DNA of 64,000 bases, taken from positions 476 to 64,475 of the forward strand of contig CAJUOQ010000008.1 of the NCBI GenBank assembly GCA_910588235.1, read 5' to 3'. A program made the position numbers and the translations under genes. The notes under the pieces were generated by a model. The model was not told the origin of the DNA. It saw only the letters and a list, made by a program, of their open reading frames with translations, and did no database searches. The stretch is from an uncultured Atopostipes sp. (GTDB lineage: Bacteria > Bacillota > Bacilli > Lactobacillales > Carnobacteriaceae_A). This document shows, one piece after another, positions 9,421 to 18,709 of this stretch (positions within the stretch are counted from its first letter, which is position 1; every line of letters starts with the position of its first letter).

Positions 9421-10563
9421 ATGCTAAAAAAACGAATCAAAATGATGGATAAATGGATCGTGTTTCCTTTTCTTTTTCTAATTTTATTCAGTATTGTTGC
9501 TGTGTATAGTGCGAGTAGTTATAGTGCTTTGGAAGATTATGGAGATTCTAACCACTACCTTATTCGACAAAGTGCCTATGTTTTTGCGAGTCTTATTTTT
9601 GCAGCTATTGCTTATATTTTTCCGTTTCGTGTTTTAAAGAAAAAGAATTTTGTGCTGATAGGGACCATTGCCATGTTTGGTTTATTAACAATTGTCTTAT
9701 TTATGCCCGCTATTCAAGGAGCACGACGTTGGATTCCACTGCCAGGCTTTAATATTCAACCGGGCGAGTTTGCGAAAATTTTCGTTATTTGGTATTTAGC
9801 CTATATTTTTTCTAGGAACCAAAGCGAATTAGAAACACGTTTCATCGCCACGGCTTTAAGACCAGGAATATTAGTGGGCTTGGTCGCTATGTTTATTTTC
9901 TTTCAGCCTGATACAGGAACTGCTATCATTATTGGCATGATCATTCTCGTGATGCTTTCAGCGAGTGGTGCTTCTCTAAAGTATGGGCTACGTTTTTTCT
10001 TAGCCATTGGCATTGCCATCGCTGTTGTTGTATTTTTGATCTATAATTTCGGTGAACACCTTCCTTTCTTGGATTATCGTTATGATCGCTTTTTAGGGTG
10101 GTGGGACCCATTTGGCTATTATGAAACAGAAGGGCATCAGTTAGTTAATTCATACTATGCTTTAAACCGAGGCGGTTTTTTTGGAGTCGGCATTGGCAAT
10201 AGTATTCAAAAAACAGGTTATCTACCTTTCCCATATACGGACTTCATTATGGCTATTATTGGTGAAGAATTTGGTTTATTGGGTATTGCATTGATCTTAG
10301 GAGCCTTTGGTTTAATCATTGGCCGTGCCTTTTATATTGGCAGTCACTCCAAAGACAGTTTTAACAGTCTAATTTGTATTGGGGTAGGAGCGATGTTACT
10401 GATACAATCTTTAATCAATGTGGCCGGTGTGACGGGACTGTTACCTATTACAGGAGTCACCTTCCCGCTGTTAAGTTATGGAGGATCTAGTTTAATGGCC
10501 GTTTCTATAGGGATTGCTCTTGTGGGCAATGCTTCAACTTTAGATCGGTTGAAGAAAGATTAA
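9421..10563 (+). CDS. SEDS family peptidoglycan glycosyltransferase (FtsW/RodA/SpoVE), copy 2
   Basis: 380 aa. The same motif set appears in diverged form: IQPGEFAKI, QPDTGT and PITGVTFPLLSYGGSS. Confidence 0.9.
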   Translation: MLKKRIKMMDKWIVFPFLFLILFSIVAVYSASSYSALEDYGDSNHYLIRQSAYVFASLIFAAIAYIFPFRVLKKKNFVLIGTIAMFGLLTIVLFMPAIQGARRWIPLPGFNIQPGEFAKIFVIWYLAYIFSRNQSELETRFIATALRPGILVGLVAMFIFFQPDTGTAIIIGMIILVMLSASGASLKYGLRFFLAIGIAIAVVVFLIYNFGEHLPFLDYRYDRFLGWWDPFGYYETEGHQLVNSYYALNRGGFFGVGIGNSIQKTGYLPFPYTDFIMAIIGEEFGLLGIALILGAFGLIIGRAFYIGSHSKDSFNSLICIGVGAMLLIQSLINVAGVTGLLPITGVTFPLLSYGGSSLMAVSIGIALVGNASTLDRLKKD

Positions 10564-10724
10564 ATAATAATGAGAAATTCCTTGTGTTCCATCAGAAAAC
10601 TTGCTATCCTTGTAAAGGCAAAATTTTGGAGGTTAAAATAACCTCTGAAGAGTAGTTGTCACCTGGGTTAAATGATTGATCACAAAATCAATGATTAATA
10701 TATAACGAGAGATGACGACCTCAA

Positions 10725-10761
10725 AGAGTTCTTTTGCTTGCTAAAAGAGCTCTATTTTTTT
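10725..10761 (+). terminator. Intrinsic terminator immediately upstream of the permease start (leader attenuator or end of the SEDS unit)
   Basis: 11-bp stem agagttctttt / aaaagagctct with a 7-nt loop, then aTTTTTTT. Only about 28 nt remain before the permease ATG, so there is no room for a promoter after it. Confidence 0.7.
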
Positions 10762-10789
10762 GCGCAAAATTAAATATGGAGGAGAAAAT

Positions 10790-12052
10790 ATGCAAAAAGA
10801 CCAAAAGATGTTATTAGGTGTCGATGAGAAACCAGATTTCTGGCCAGGTTTATTGTTGAGTTTTCAGCATGTATTTTCAATGTTTGGAGCAACGATTTTA
10901 GTTCCAATTATTTTAGGGTTACCGGTCTCGGTCGCATTATTAATGAGTGGGATTGGAACGCTGATTTATCATTTTGTTACAGAATCAAAAGTACCCGTGT
11001 ATTTAGGTTCCTCTTTTGCTTTTATTGGTGCTATGCAAATTGCAATCGATCAATTTGGCGGTGATATCAGTGCTTCGCAATCAGGTATTATCATTTCTGG
11101 AGGAGCTTATATTATTATTGCCTTACTATCGAAGAAAATAGGGACGAGCTGGTTAGATAAACTGATGCCACCCATTGTCATCGGACCAATGATTGTTGTG
11201 ATTGGTTTAGGCTTATCAAGCACAGCAATTGAAAATGCAGACCTAGTAATCGGTGGACAGTGGCAAAACGTTCTCGTAGCTATTGTTACCTTTCTCATTG
11301 TGGCTTATGTCAATACAAAAGCGACTGGTTTTCTCAAAATTATTCCTTTTCTGACAGGGATTGTTGGGGGATACCTTACAGCTTTTCTTCTCGGAACGGT
11401 CGATATCTCACCGATTATAGAAGCAGATTGGTTGAGCCTTCCAGAATTGTATCTTCCTTTTGAAACCTCTTTATTTAATCACTATAATTTTTATTTAGGA
11501 CCAGAATCGTGGGCTTTTCTTCCGCTCGTTTTAGTGACGGTAGCTGAGCATATAGGAGATCATACGGTTCTTGGAACAATGACAAATCGTAATTACTTAA
11601 AAGACCCAGGACTTTCAAGAACACTCTCAGGAGACGGCGTAGCCTCGCTTCTATCAGCTTTTTTCGGCGGTCCAGCAAATACTACATATGGAGAGAACAC
11701 AGGTGTTATTGGTCTGACTCGGATTGCGTCTGTTAGTGTGATTCGAAATGCGGCGATTATAGCGATCTTATTGAGCTTTTTTGGGAAGTTTACAGCTTTA
11801 CTAACGACGATTCCAAGCGCCGTGATCGGTGGAATGTCAATTGTTTTATATGGCGTAATCGCTAGTAATGGCCTAAAAGTGATGATCGACGAACAGCTTG
11901 ACTTTACAAAAGCGCGTAATTTAATTATCGCTAGTAGTATGCTAGTGATTGGTCTTGGAGGAGCTGTTTTAGATATGGGACCGCTAGTTATTTCTGGAAC
12001 GGCTCTAAGTGCTTTAGTCGGTATTATTTTAAATCTCATACTACCGGATTAA
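10790..12052 (+). CDS. NCS2 family nucleobase permease (uracil/xanthine permease-like)
   Basis: The track start (TTG 10760) lies inside the terminator T-run. ATG 10790 follows SD ggagga. 420 aa, polytopic, with the NCS2 signature region ..NTTYGENTGVIGLTRI.. Confidence 0.88.
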   Translation: MQKDQKMLLGVDEKPDFWPGLLLSFQHVFSMFGATILVPIILGLPVSVALLMSGIGTLIYHFVTESKVPVYLGSSFAFIGAMQIAIDQFGGDISASQSGIIISGGAYIIIALLSKKIGTSWLDKLMPPIVIGPMIVVIGLGLSSTAIENADLVIGGQWQNVLVAIVTFLIVAYVNTKATGFLKIIPFLTGIVGGYLTAFLLGTVDISPIIEADWLSLPELYLPFETSLFNHYNFYLGPESWAFLPLVLVTVAEHIGDHTVLGTMTNRNYLKDPGLSRTLSGDGVASLLSAFFGGPANTTYGENTGVIGLTRIASVSVIRNAAIIAILLSFFGKFTALLTTIPSAVIGGMSIVLYGVIASNGLKVMIDEQLDFTKARNLIIASSMLVIGLGGAVLDMGPLVISGTALSALVGIILNLILPD

Positions 12053-12177
12053 TTTGTAAAAGGTGAACTAGATTTTCAGCTACTGACGAGTGGATTGATT
12101 TCTCTTACGTTGTATTTTGATAAGGATTTGATAAAATATAAAAGAAGACAGAACAGAATAAGAGAGGACAATCAAAA

Positions 12178-12786
12178 ATGGATCATTATTATACTTCTAA
12201 ACCTACGTCAGAAAGCAAACAAGAGACTTGGACCACCGAAATTGAGGGAAAAGATTTTACCTTTACAACAGATTCAGGCGTCTTTTCAAAAAATAAAATT
12301 GATCTTGGTTCAGAAGTTTTAATGACAACAGCTGAAAAAGTAGCATTCCCAGAGGGGGATCTTTTAGATGTAGGCTGTGGTTATGGATCCATTGGCCTTT
12401 ATTTAGGAAAAGCTTTCCCTGACCGACAGATTGAAATGGTGGATATTAATGAACGAGCTATAGCGCTCGCAAAGATGAATGCGGAAGCGAATCACGTTTC
12501 AAATGTAGAGATTTACGCATCCGACTTATTTGAAAATATTCAAAATCAAGAATTTGCAGGAATTATTTCAAATCCACCGATTCGAGCGGGAAAAAAGGTT
12601 GTTCATGAAATTTTGGAAACAGCCTATAACTATTTAAAGGAAGATGGATTCTTACTTATTGTCATTCAAAAGAAACAAGGGGCACCTAGCGCTCGGAAAA
12701 AAATGGAAGAAGTCTTTGGGAATGTTGAACGCGTTCATTTAGAAAAAGGGTATTGGATTTTAGCATCACAAAGAATGAAGGAATAA
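12178..12786 (+). CDS. Class I SAM-dependent methyltransferase, RsmC/YbxB-like small-domain type
   Basis: 202 aa. SAM motif I is LDVGCGYGSIG and the N-methyltransferase motif is NPPIRAGK. It occupies the same rplL-rpoB interval as B. subtilis ybxB. Confidence 0.85.
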   Translation: MDHYYTSKPTSESKQETWTTEIEGKDFTFTTDSGVFSKNKIDLGSEVLMTTAEKVAFPEGDLLDVGCGYGSIGLYLGKAFPDRQIEMVDINERAIALAKMNAEANHVSNVEIYASDLFENIQNQEFAGIISNPPIRAGKKVVHEILETAYNYLKEDGFLLIVIQKKQGAPSARKKMEEVFGNVERVHLEKGYWILASQRMKE

Positions 12787-12830
12787 GAATATATCCCTCC
12801 GATCGCTATAGAATAAATATTGGATAAAGA

Positions 12831-12882
12831 AAAAAGAGTTACTTAACAGCTTTAAAAAATCTGCTGATAAGTAACTCTTTTT
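12831..12882. terminator. Bidirectional terminator between the methyltransferase and the AbgT gene
   Basis: 15-bp stem agagttacttaacag / ctgataagtaactct (one mismatch) flanked by an A-run and a T-run. Confidence 0.8.
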
Positions 12883-12902
12883 AAATGCTTAAGCATCGTA
12901 TA

Positions 12903-14441
12903 TTAAAAGATAATTGGAGCTCCTGGTCCAAGTGGTAATTCAAGTAAATACCAAGCAGAGAACAACAAGGTCCAGCTAATGAGGAAGGCTATCGAATAAG
13001 TAACCATAATGGAAATTAATGTACCGATTCCTGAGTCTTTATCATATCTTTTCATGAAGACTAAGATCATCGCAAAGTAACTCATGAGTGGTGAGATAAT
13101 ATTGGTTGTTGAGTCAGCTATTCGATAAGCCATTAACGTTGCTTCTGGCGTAATGTTTAATTCATAAAACATTGGCGTAAAAATAGGGGATAAGAGCGTC
13201 CATTTTGCAGAAGCAGACCCCATAAACAAGTTGATAATAGCGGTTAGAATAATGAAACCAAGTAAGATAGGTAACCCAACTAAATTAATCGATTTTAAGA
13301 AGTCAGCACCGACTGTTGATAAAATGGTTCCCATATTCGAATAGGCAAAGTAATCAATTAACTGAGCAGCGAAGAAGGATAAGACAACATAGCCACCCAT
13401 TGTCTTCATAGATTCAGTCATTCCTTCAACGAAATCATCAGAATTATTGATTTTATTCACCGTTATTCCGTATGCTAAACCAGGTAGGGTGAATAAAAGG
13501 TAAAGACCGAATAAAAGCCCGCTACCTAAGAAGGCGTTTAAAGATTGACCGCCTGTCGTTTCATCAAAAGATTGGAACAACGCATTAGGACCAAACATTA
13601 GATAAGCCATAATCGCTACATAAATAATTAAAACAATGAATGCATTTCGCAGTCCTTTTAATTCTTTATCGGTCAATGGTTCATCACTTGGCCGGTAACT
13701 GCCGGTGTACTCCCCGAGACGAGGTTCAATGATTCGATCGGTTACCACAGTTCCTACAATCGTTAAAAGAACAGTAGAAACAATTAAAAAGTACCAGTTG
13801 GCCGTGATGGACATTTCATAGTTAATTCCTGCAGACGCTAATGATTCGTTCGCGATTCCGACTATTAGTGCATCGAGTTGTCCAGGAAGTAAATTCGCTG
13901 AGAAACCAGCAGAAACTCCCGCAAAAGCCGCGGATAAACCAGCAATTGGATGGCGTCCTGCCGCAGCGAAGATGAGAGCACCTAAAGGAATAATAACGAC
14001 ATATCCTACATCAGCCGCCATGTTCGACAGAATTCCGGCAAAAATGACTGCCGAAGATAATAAGGCTTTTGGAACATTTGCGAGTAGACGTTTCATTGCG
14101 GCAGCAATTAATCCTGTCCACTCGGCGACGCCTACCCCTAACATGGCTACAAGAACTGTTCCTAACGGGGCAAAGCTTGTAAAGTTTTCAACCGCCGAAT
14201 TGAAGATATGATTAATGCCGGAAGCATTTAATAATGAAACAGCCTCTACCGTAATATTTTCTTCAGCAGCTGTATCGAAATAGCTAACCTCAACACCTAA
14301 TGACGCTAAGATATGAGACAAAACAATAACAAAGCCAGCTAGAATAATAAATAATACGACTGGATGGGGAAGTTTATTTCCTACTCTTTCTATCCATCCC
14401 AACACCCCAGATGACTGTTGTGAATTTTCTTCTTTACTCAT
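12903..14441 (-). CDS. AbgT family transporter (p-aminobenzoyl-glutamate transporter family)
   Basis: 512 aa, polytopic. The N-terminus ..GVLGWIERVGNKLPHPVVLFIIL.. and the overall length are typical of AbgT/MtrF family members. Confidence 0.85.
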   Translation of the reverse strand: MSKEENSQQSSGVLGWIERVGNKLPHPVVLFIILAGFVIVLSHILASLGVEVSYFDTAAEENITVEAVSLLNASGINHIFNSAVENFTSFAPLGTVLVAMLGVGVAEWTGLIAAAMKRLLANVPKALLSSAVIFAGILSNMAADVGYVVIIPLGALIFAAAGRHPIAGLSAAFAGVSAGFSANLLPGQLDALIVGIANESLASAGINYEMSITANWYFLIVSTVLLTIVGTVVTDRIIEPRLGEYTGSYRPSDEPLTDKELKGLRNAFIVLIIYVAIMAYLMFGPNALFQSFDETTGGQSLNAFLGSGLLFGLYLLFTLPGLAYGITVNKINNSDDFVEGMTESMKTMGGYVVLSFFAAQLIDYFAYSNMGTILSTVGADFLKSINLVGLPILLGFIILTAIINLFMGSASAKWTLLSPIFTPMFYELNITPEATLMAYRIADSTTNIISPLMSYFAMILVFMKRYDKDSGIGTLISIMVTYSIAFLISWTLLFSAWYLLELPLGPGAPIIF

Positions 14442-14469
14442 ATTTCTCCTCCTTCATTTGAAAAATGCA

Positions 14470-14552
14470 TCTAAAAACAGAAATAAACCCTACAAAGCAA
14501 CAGCCAGCATCTTTTAGACTGAAAAACTTAGAGGCTACTTTGTAATGGGTTT
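14470..14552 (-). promoter_or_regulatory. Structured leader element with terminator shape upstream of the AbgT gene
   Basis: Minus strand: aaacccattacaaag, ~40-nt internally pairing insert, ctttgtagggttt, then atttctgttttt. It ends about 30 nt before the abgT SD. I could not assign a class. Confidence 0.4.
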
Positions 14553-14734
14553 ATGCTCATCCACTGAGTCAATGAATAAAGCAACATTTGCCTTTTAGGG
14601 TATCAAAAATAAGGAAAAAATAAAAGGGCATTTATGTCTCTACTATATAAACATAAAAAACTAAAAGATGGAAAATGAGCGACAATAAAGCTAAAATAAA
14701 ACTTTGAAGAAATAAAGAAAATAGAGTTTACCCC

Positions 14735-14763
14735 TTGACAGGAGCCTGAGGATAGCCTATACT
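14735..14763 (+). promoter_or_regulatory. Sigma-A-type promoter for rpoBC
   Basis: TTGACA, 17-nt spacer, TATACT. It lies about 250 nt upstream of the rpoB start. Confidence 0.7.
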
Positions 14764-15016
14764 ATATAAACGCTATATTGTTGGAAATATTGGATAGAGC
14801 CGCCTGAAATATTGTCCAGGCAAGCTTTTAGGAAAAACAAAAGACATTGTGCATTTACTGAATACACAAATCTTTTGTATTTTTTTTGCTCAAAAACATG
14901 AAAAAAGGTCATTTGTTACTTAAACGTAACTAATTTGTAACATTTGTAATGTGACAAAAAATACTGCAAACCTTTATTTCCGCAGAAGTTAGTGAAAACA
15001 ATGAGAGGTGAATAGA

Positions 15017-18000
15017 GTGCTAGGTAATGAAGTTCACTATGGTAAAAAACGAGTTCGTCGAAGCTTTTCAAGAATTCGCGAAGTGATGGAAATTCCTAAT
15101 TTGGTTGAAATTCAATCTGACTCTTATCAATGGTTTTTAGATGAAGGATTGAAAGAATTATTCCGAGATATTTCTCCGATTGAGGACTTTTCAGGTAATC
15201 TGTCGTTAGAATTTTTGGATTATTCATTTGATGAACCAAAATACACGGTTGACGAAGCGCGCGAACACGATGCTAACTACGCAACTCCAGTCTATGTAAA
15301 ACTACGATTAATAAACAATGAAACAGGCGAAGTAAAAGAACAAGAAGTCTTTTATGGTGATTTACCTACTATGACCGATCAAGGGACATTTATTATTAAT
15401 GGTGCTGAACGTGTCGTTGTATCACAACTTGTTCGTTCCCCAGGAGTATATTATAGTCCTAAAATTGAAAAGAACGGTAGAGAAGGATTTAGTGCAGTGA
15501 TGATTCCTAACCGAGGTGCTTGGTTAGAATTTGAAACTGATACTAGAGGTTTACTCAATGTACGTATTGACCGTACACGTAAATTACCTTTAACTACATT
15601 TATTCGTGCTCTTGGTTTTGGCTCAGATGATGAAATCATGGAGATCATTGGTCATAACCCAGCGATGGAAGGTACGCTAGAAAAAGACGCACATAAAAAC
15701 CCAGCAGATTCTCGTGTGGAAGAAGCTTTAAAAGACATCTATGAAAGCTTACGTCCAGGAGAACCTAAAACTGCAGACTCTTCTCGAAGCCTACTAAATA
15801 CTCGATTCTTTGACCCAAGAAGATATGACCTAGCTTATGTCGGTCGTTACAAACTAAATAAAAAATTAAACATTAAAACACGCTTATTAAACCAAACGTT
15901 AGCTGAAACATTAGTAGATCCTGAAACAGGGGAAATTTTAGCTGAAGAAGGAACAGTTATTACCCATACTATAATGGATGAACTAGCTCCTCATATCGAA
16001 AATGGTTTATTTGATGTTACTTTAAACCCTTCAGATGAAGCGGTTGTTCCTGAACCAATGGAAGTCCAAATGGTGAAGGTTTATTCGAAAGAAAATGAAG
16101 AACGTGTTGTTAACATGATCTCAAATAGACAACCTTCTGAAGAGAAGAAATGGTTATTGCCAGAAGATGTTTTAGCGGCAATTAGCTACTACTATGGTTT
16201 GTTGGAAGGCATTGGCAGCACAGACGATATTGACCACTTAGGAAATCGTCGAATTCGATCAGTCGGTGAGCTTCTACAAAATCAATACCGTATCGGAGTT
16301 TCTCGTATGGAGCGTGTCGTTCGTGAACGTATGTCGATTCAAGACGCGGACACAACAACGCCTCAACAATTGATCAACATCCGTCCGGTCGTTGCATCGA
16401 TTAAAGAGTTCTTTGGTTCTTCACAACTTTCACAGTTCATGGACCAAGTGAACCCGCTCAGTGAGTTATCTCATAAGCGTCGTCTATCGGCTTTAGGACC
16501 TGGTGGTTTAACGCGTGAACGTGCTGGTTATGAAGTACGTGACGTGCATTATTCTCACTATGGTCGTATGTGTCCAATTGAAACCCCGGAAGGTCCAAAC
16601 ATTGGTTTGATTAACAGTCTTTCCACTTATTCAAAAATTAATAAATTTGGTTTCATTGAAACACCTTATCGAAAAGCAGACCGTGAAAATGGTCGAGTAA
16701 CGGATGAGATTGTCTATTTAACAGCAGACGAAGAAGATCTATATACGATTGCACAAGCGAACTCATTACTTGATGACGATGGTTACTTCGTTGAAGATAC
16801 TGTACTTGCCCGTCGCAGAAACGATAACGAAGAAGTTCCAGTCGGTGAAATTGATTATATGGACGTTTCACCAAAACAAGTGGTTTCTGTTGCTACAGCA
16901 AGTATTCCTTTCTTAGAAAACGATGACTCGAACCGTGCATTAATGGGTGCAAACATGCAGCGTCAAGCAGTTCCATTACTGAAACCAGCTGCGCCATTAG
17001 TAGGTACAGGTATTGAAAATACAGCTGCTAAAGGTTCGGGCTCAGCGATTGTTGCGAAAAACGAAGGAACCGTTGATTATGTAGATGCACGAAACATTAA
17101 GATTCGTCAATCAAACGGAATGGTTGATCATTACTCAATGATTAAGTTCCAACGTTCAAATGCCGGAACTTCTTACAACCAAAAACCAATTGTACAACAT
17201 GGAGACAAGGTTGAAAAAGGCGATATTATTGCTGATGGACCAGCGATGGACCGTGGCGAAATTGCTTTAGGTAAGAACCCATTGATCGCATTTACTACAT
17301 TTGATGGTTATAACTTCGAGGATGCGATTATTATGAGTGAGCGTCTCGTGAAAGATGACGTCTACACCTCTATTCACCTTGAAGAATTTGAATCAGAAGC
17401 TAGAGATACAAAACTAGGACCTGAAGAAATTACACGCGAAATTCCAAACGTCGGCGACGCTGCTTTAAGAAACTTAGATGAAAATGGCATTATTCGTGTC
17501 GGAGCAGAAGTGCGCGATGGGGATATTCTTGTAGGAAAAGTCACACCAAAAGGAATGTCAGAACAATCTGCAGAAGAAAAACTATTGCACGCAATCTTTG
17601 GAGAAAAAGCACGAGAAGTTCGTGACTCTTCTCTACGTGTACCACATGGTGGAGGCGGAATTGTCAGTGAAGTGAAAGTCTTCAGTCGTGAAGAAGGCGA
17701 TGAATTATCAGCGGGTGTGAATGATTTAGTCCGCGTGTATATCGCTCAAAAACGTAAAATTAACGTTGGAGACAAGATGGCGGGACGTCACGGAAACAAA
17801 GGGGTCGTATCCCTCATTCTTCCAGAAGAAGATATGCCATATTTACCAGATGGTACGCCCGTAGATGTTCTATTGAACCCATTAGGTGTTCCTTCTCGAA
17901 TGAACATCGGGCAAGTCTTTGAGTTACATCTTGGTATGGCTGCTCGGGAACTGGGTGTTCACTTTGCAACGCCAGTCTTTGACGGAGCGACAGAGCCAGA

Positions 18001-18583
18001 TATTGAAGACGTACTAGAAGAAGCAGGCTTTAATAAAGATGGTAAAACGACATTATATGATGGTCGTACTGGAGAAGCCTTTGATAATCGTGTATCTGTA
18101 GGAGTTATGTACTTCTTGAAATTATCACACATGATTGATGACAAGATGCATGCACGCTCTACAGGACCTTACTCACTTGTTACTCAACAACCTCTTGGAG
18201 GTAAAGCACAGTTCGGTGGACAACGATTTGGTGAGATGGAGGTTTGGGCACTGGAAGCGTATGGTGCTTCATACACATTACAAGAAATCTTGACTTACAA
18301 GTCAGATGACGTTGATGGTCGTGTGAAAACTTATGAAGCCATCGTTAAAGGAGAACCACTCCCTCAACCAGGTGTACCAGAATCTTTCCGTGTTCTTGTT
18401 AAAGAATTACAAGCGCTCGGTTTAGAGATGAAAGTACTCGACCATGATAATAATGAAGTTGAGCTCGAGAGTGCTGAAGAAGATGATGGGTTCCGAAGTG
18501 TTGACTCATTAGAAGAAATTAAAAAACAAGAAGATGCTAAACGTGAAGCTGAAGCTGCTAAAGAAGCGGAAGCGAATAAATAA
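15017..18583 (+). CDS. rpoB: DNA-directed RNA polymerase subunit beta
   Basis: The start is probably the GTG at 15017, 8 nt after gagagg. The track start at 15008 overlaps that SD. Sequence includes ..[18 protein letters not shown].. and ..[15 protein letters not shown]... A C-terminal acidic/Lys-rich tail is present. Confidence 0.97.
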   Translation: MLGNEVHYGKKRVRRSFSRIREVMEIPNLVEIQSDSYQWFLDEGLKELFRDISPIEDFSGNLSLEFLDYSFDEPKYTVDEAREHDANYATPVYVKLRLINNETGEVKEQEVFYGDLPTMTDQGTFIINGAERVVVSQLVRSPGVYYSPKIEKNGREGFSAVMIPNRGAWLEFETDTRGLLNVRIDRTRKLPLTTFIRALGFGSDDEIMEIIGHNPAMEGTLEKDAHKNPADSRVEEALKDIYESLRPGEPKTADSSRSLLNTRFFDPRRYDLAYVGRYKLNKKLNIKTRLLNQTLAETLVDPETGEILAEEGTVITHTIMDELAPHIENGLFDVTLNPSDEAVVPEPMEVQMVKVYSKENEERVVNMISNRQPSEEKKWLLPEDVLAAISYYYGLLEGIGSTDDIDHLGNRRIRSVGELLQNQYRIGVSRMERVVRERMSIQDADTTTPQQLINIRPVVASIKEFFGSSQLSQFMDQVNPLSELSHKRRLSALGPGGLTRERAGYEVRDVHYSHYGRMCPIETPEGPNIGLINSLSTYSKINKFGFIETPYRKADRENGRVTDEIVYLTADEEDLYTIAQANSLLDDDGYFVEDTVLARRRNDNEEVPVGEIDYMDVSPKQVVSVATASIPFLENDDSNRALMGANMQRQAVPLLKPAAPLVGTGIENTAAKGSGSAIVAKNEGTVDYVDARNIKIRQSNGMVDHYSMIKFQRSNAGTSYNQKPIVQHGDKVEKGDIIADGPAMDRGEIALGKNPLIAFTTFDGYNFEDAIIMSERLVKDDVYTSIHLEEFESEARDTKLGPEEITREIPNVGDAALRNLDENGIIRVGAEVRDGDILVGKVTPKGMSEQSAEEKLLHAIFGEKAREVRDSSLRVPHGGGGIVSEVKVFSREEGDELSAGVNDLVRVYIAQKRKINVGDKMAGRHGNKGVVSLILPEEDMPYLPDGTPVDVLLNPLGVPSRMNIGQVFELHLGMAARELGVHFATPVFDGATEPDIEDVLEEAGFNKDGKTTLYDGRTGEAFDNRVSVGVMYFLKLSHMIDDKMHARSTGPYSLVTQQPLGGKAQFGGQRFGEMEVWALEAYGASYTLQEILTYKSDDVDGRVKTYEAIVKGEPLPQPGVPESFRVLVKELQALGLEMKVLDHDNNEVELESAEEDDGFRSVDSLEEIKKQEDAKREAEAAKEAEANK

Positions 18584-18709
18584 TTATCAGAATTATTTAG
18601 GTGTGAATCGTAAAAACAAGTAAGAGAAAAGTAAAATTCTTACTTGTTTTTCGAAACACCATTGAACAGAGGGCAGTTCAAAAAAATCATAAAAGGGAGG
18701 TTTGCCCCC

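Noticed and set aside
10564-10724. A PyrR-binding attenuator or purine riboswitch upstream of the nucleobase permease
   Set aside because: Only weak resemblance (tccatcagaaaac..) to the PyrR loop consensus, and no purine-riboswitch junction motifs were recognised by eye. The class is left unassigned rather than named.
18644-18709. The 22-codon N-terminal extension of rpoC in the track
   Set aside because: The extension starts in the rpoB-rpoC spacer without an SD. The TTG at 18710 follows aaagggagg and aligns with the conserved beta' N-terminus.
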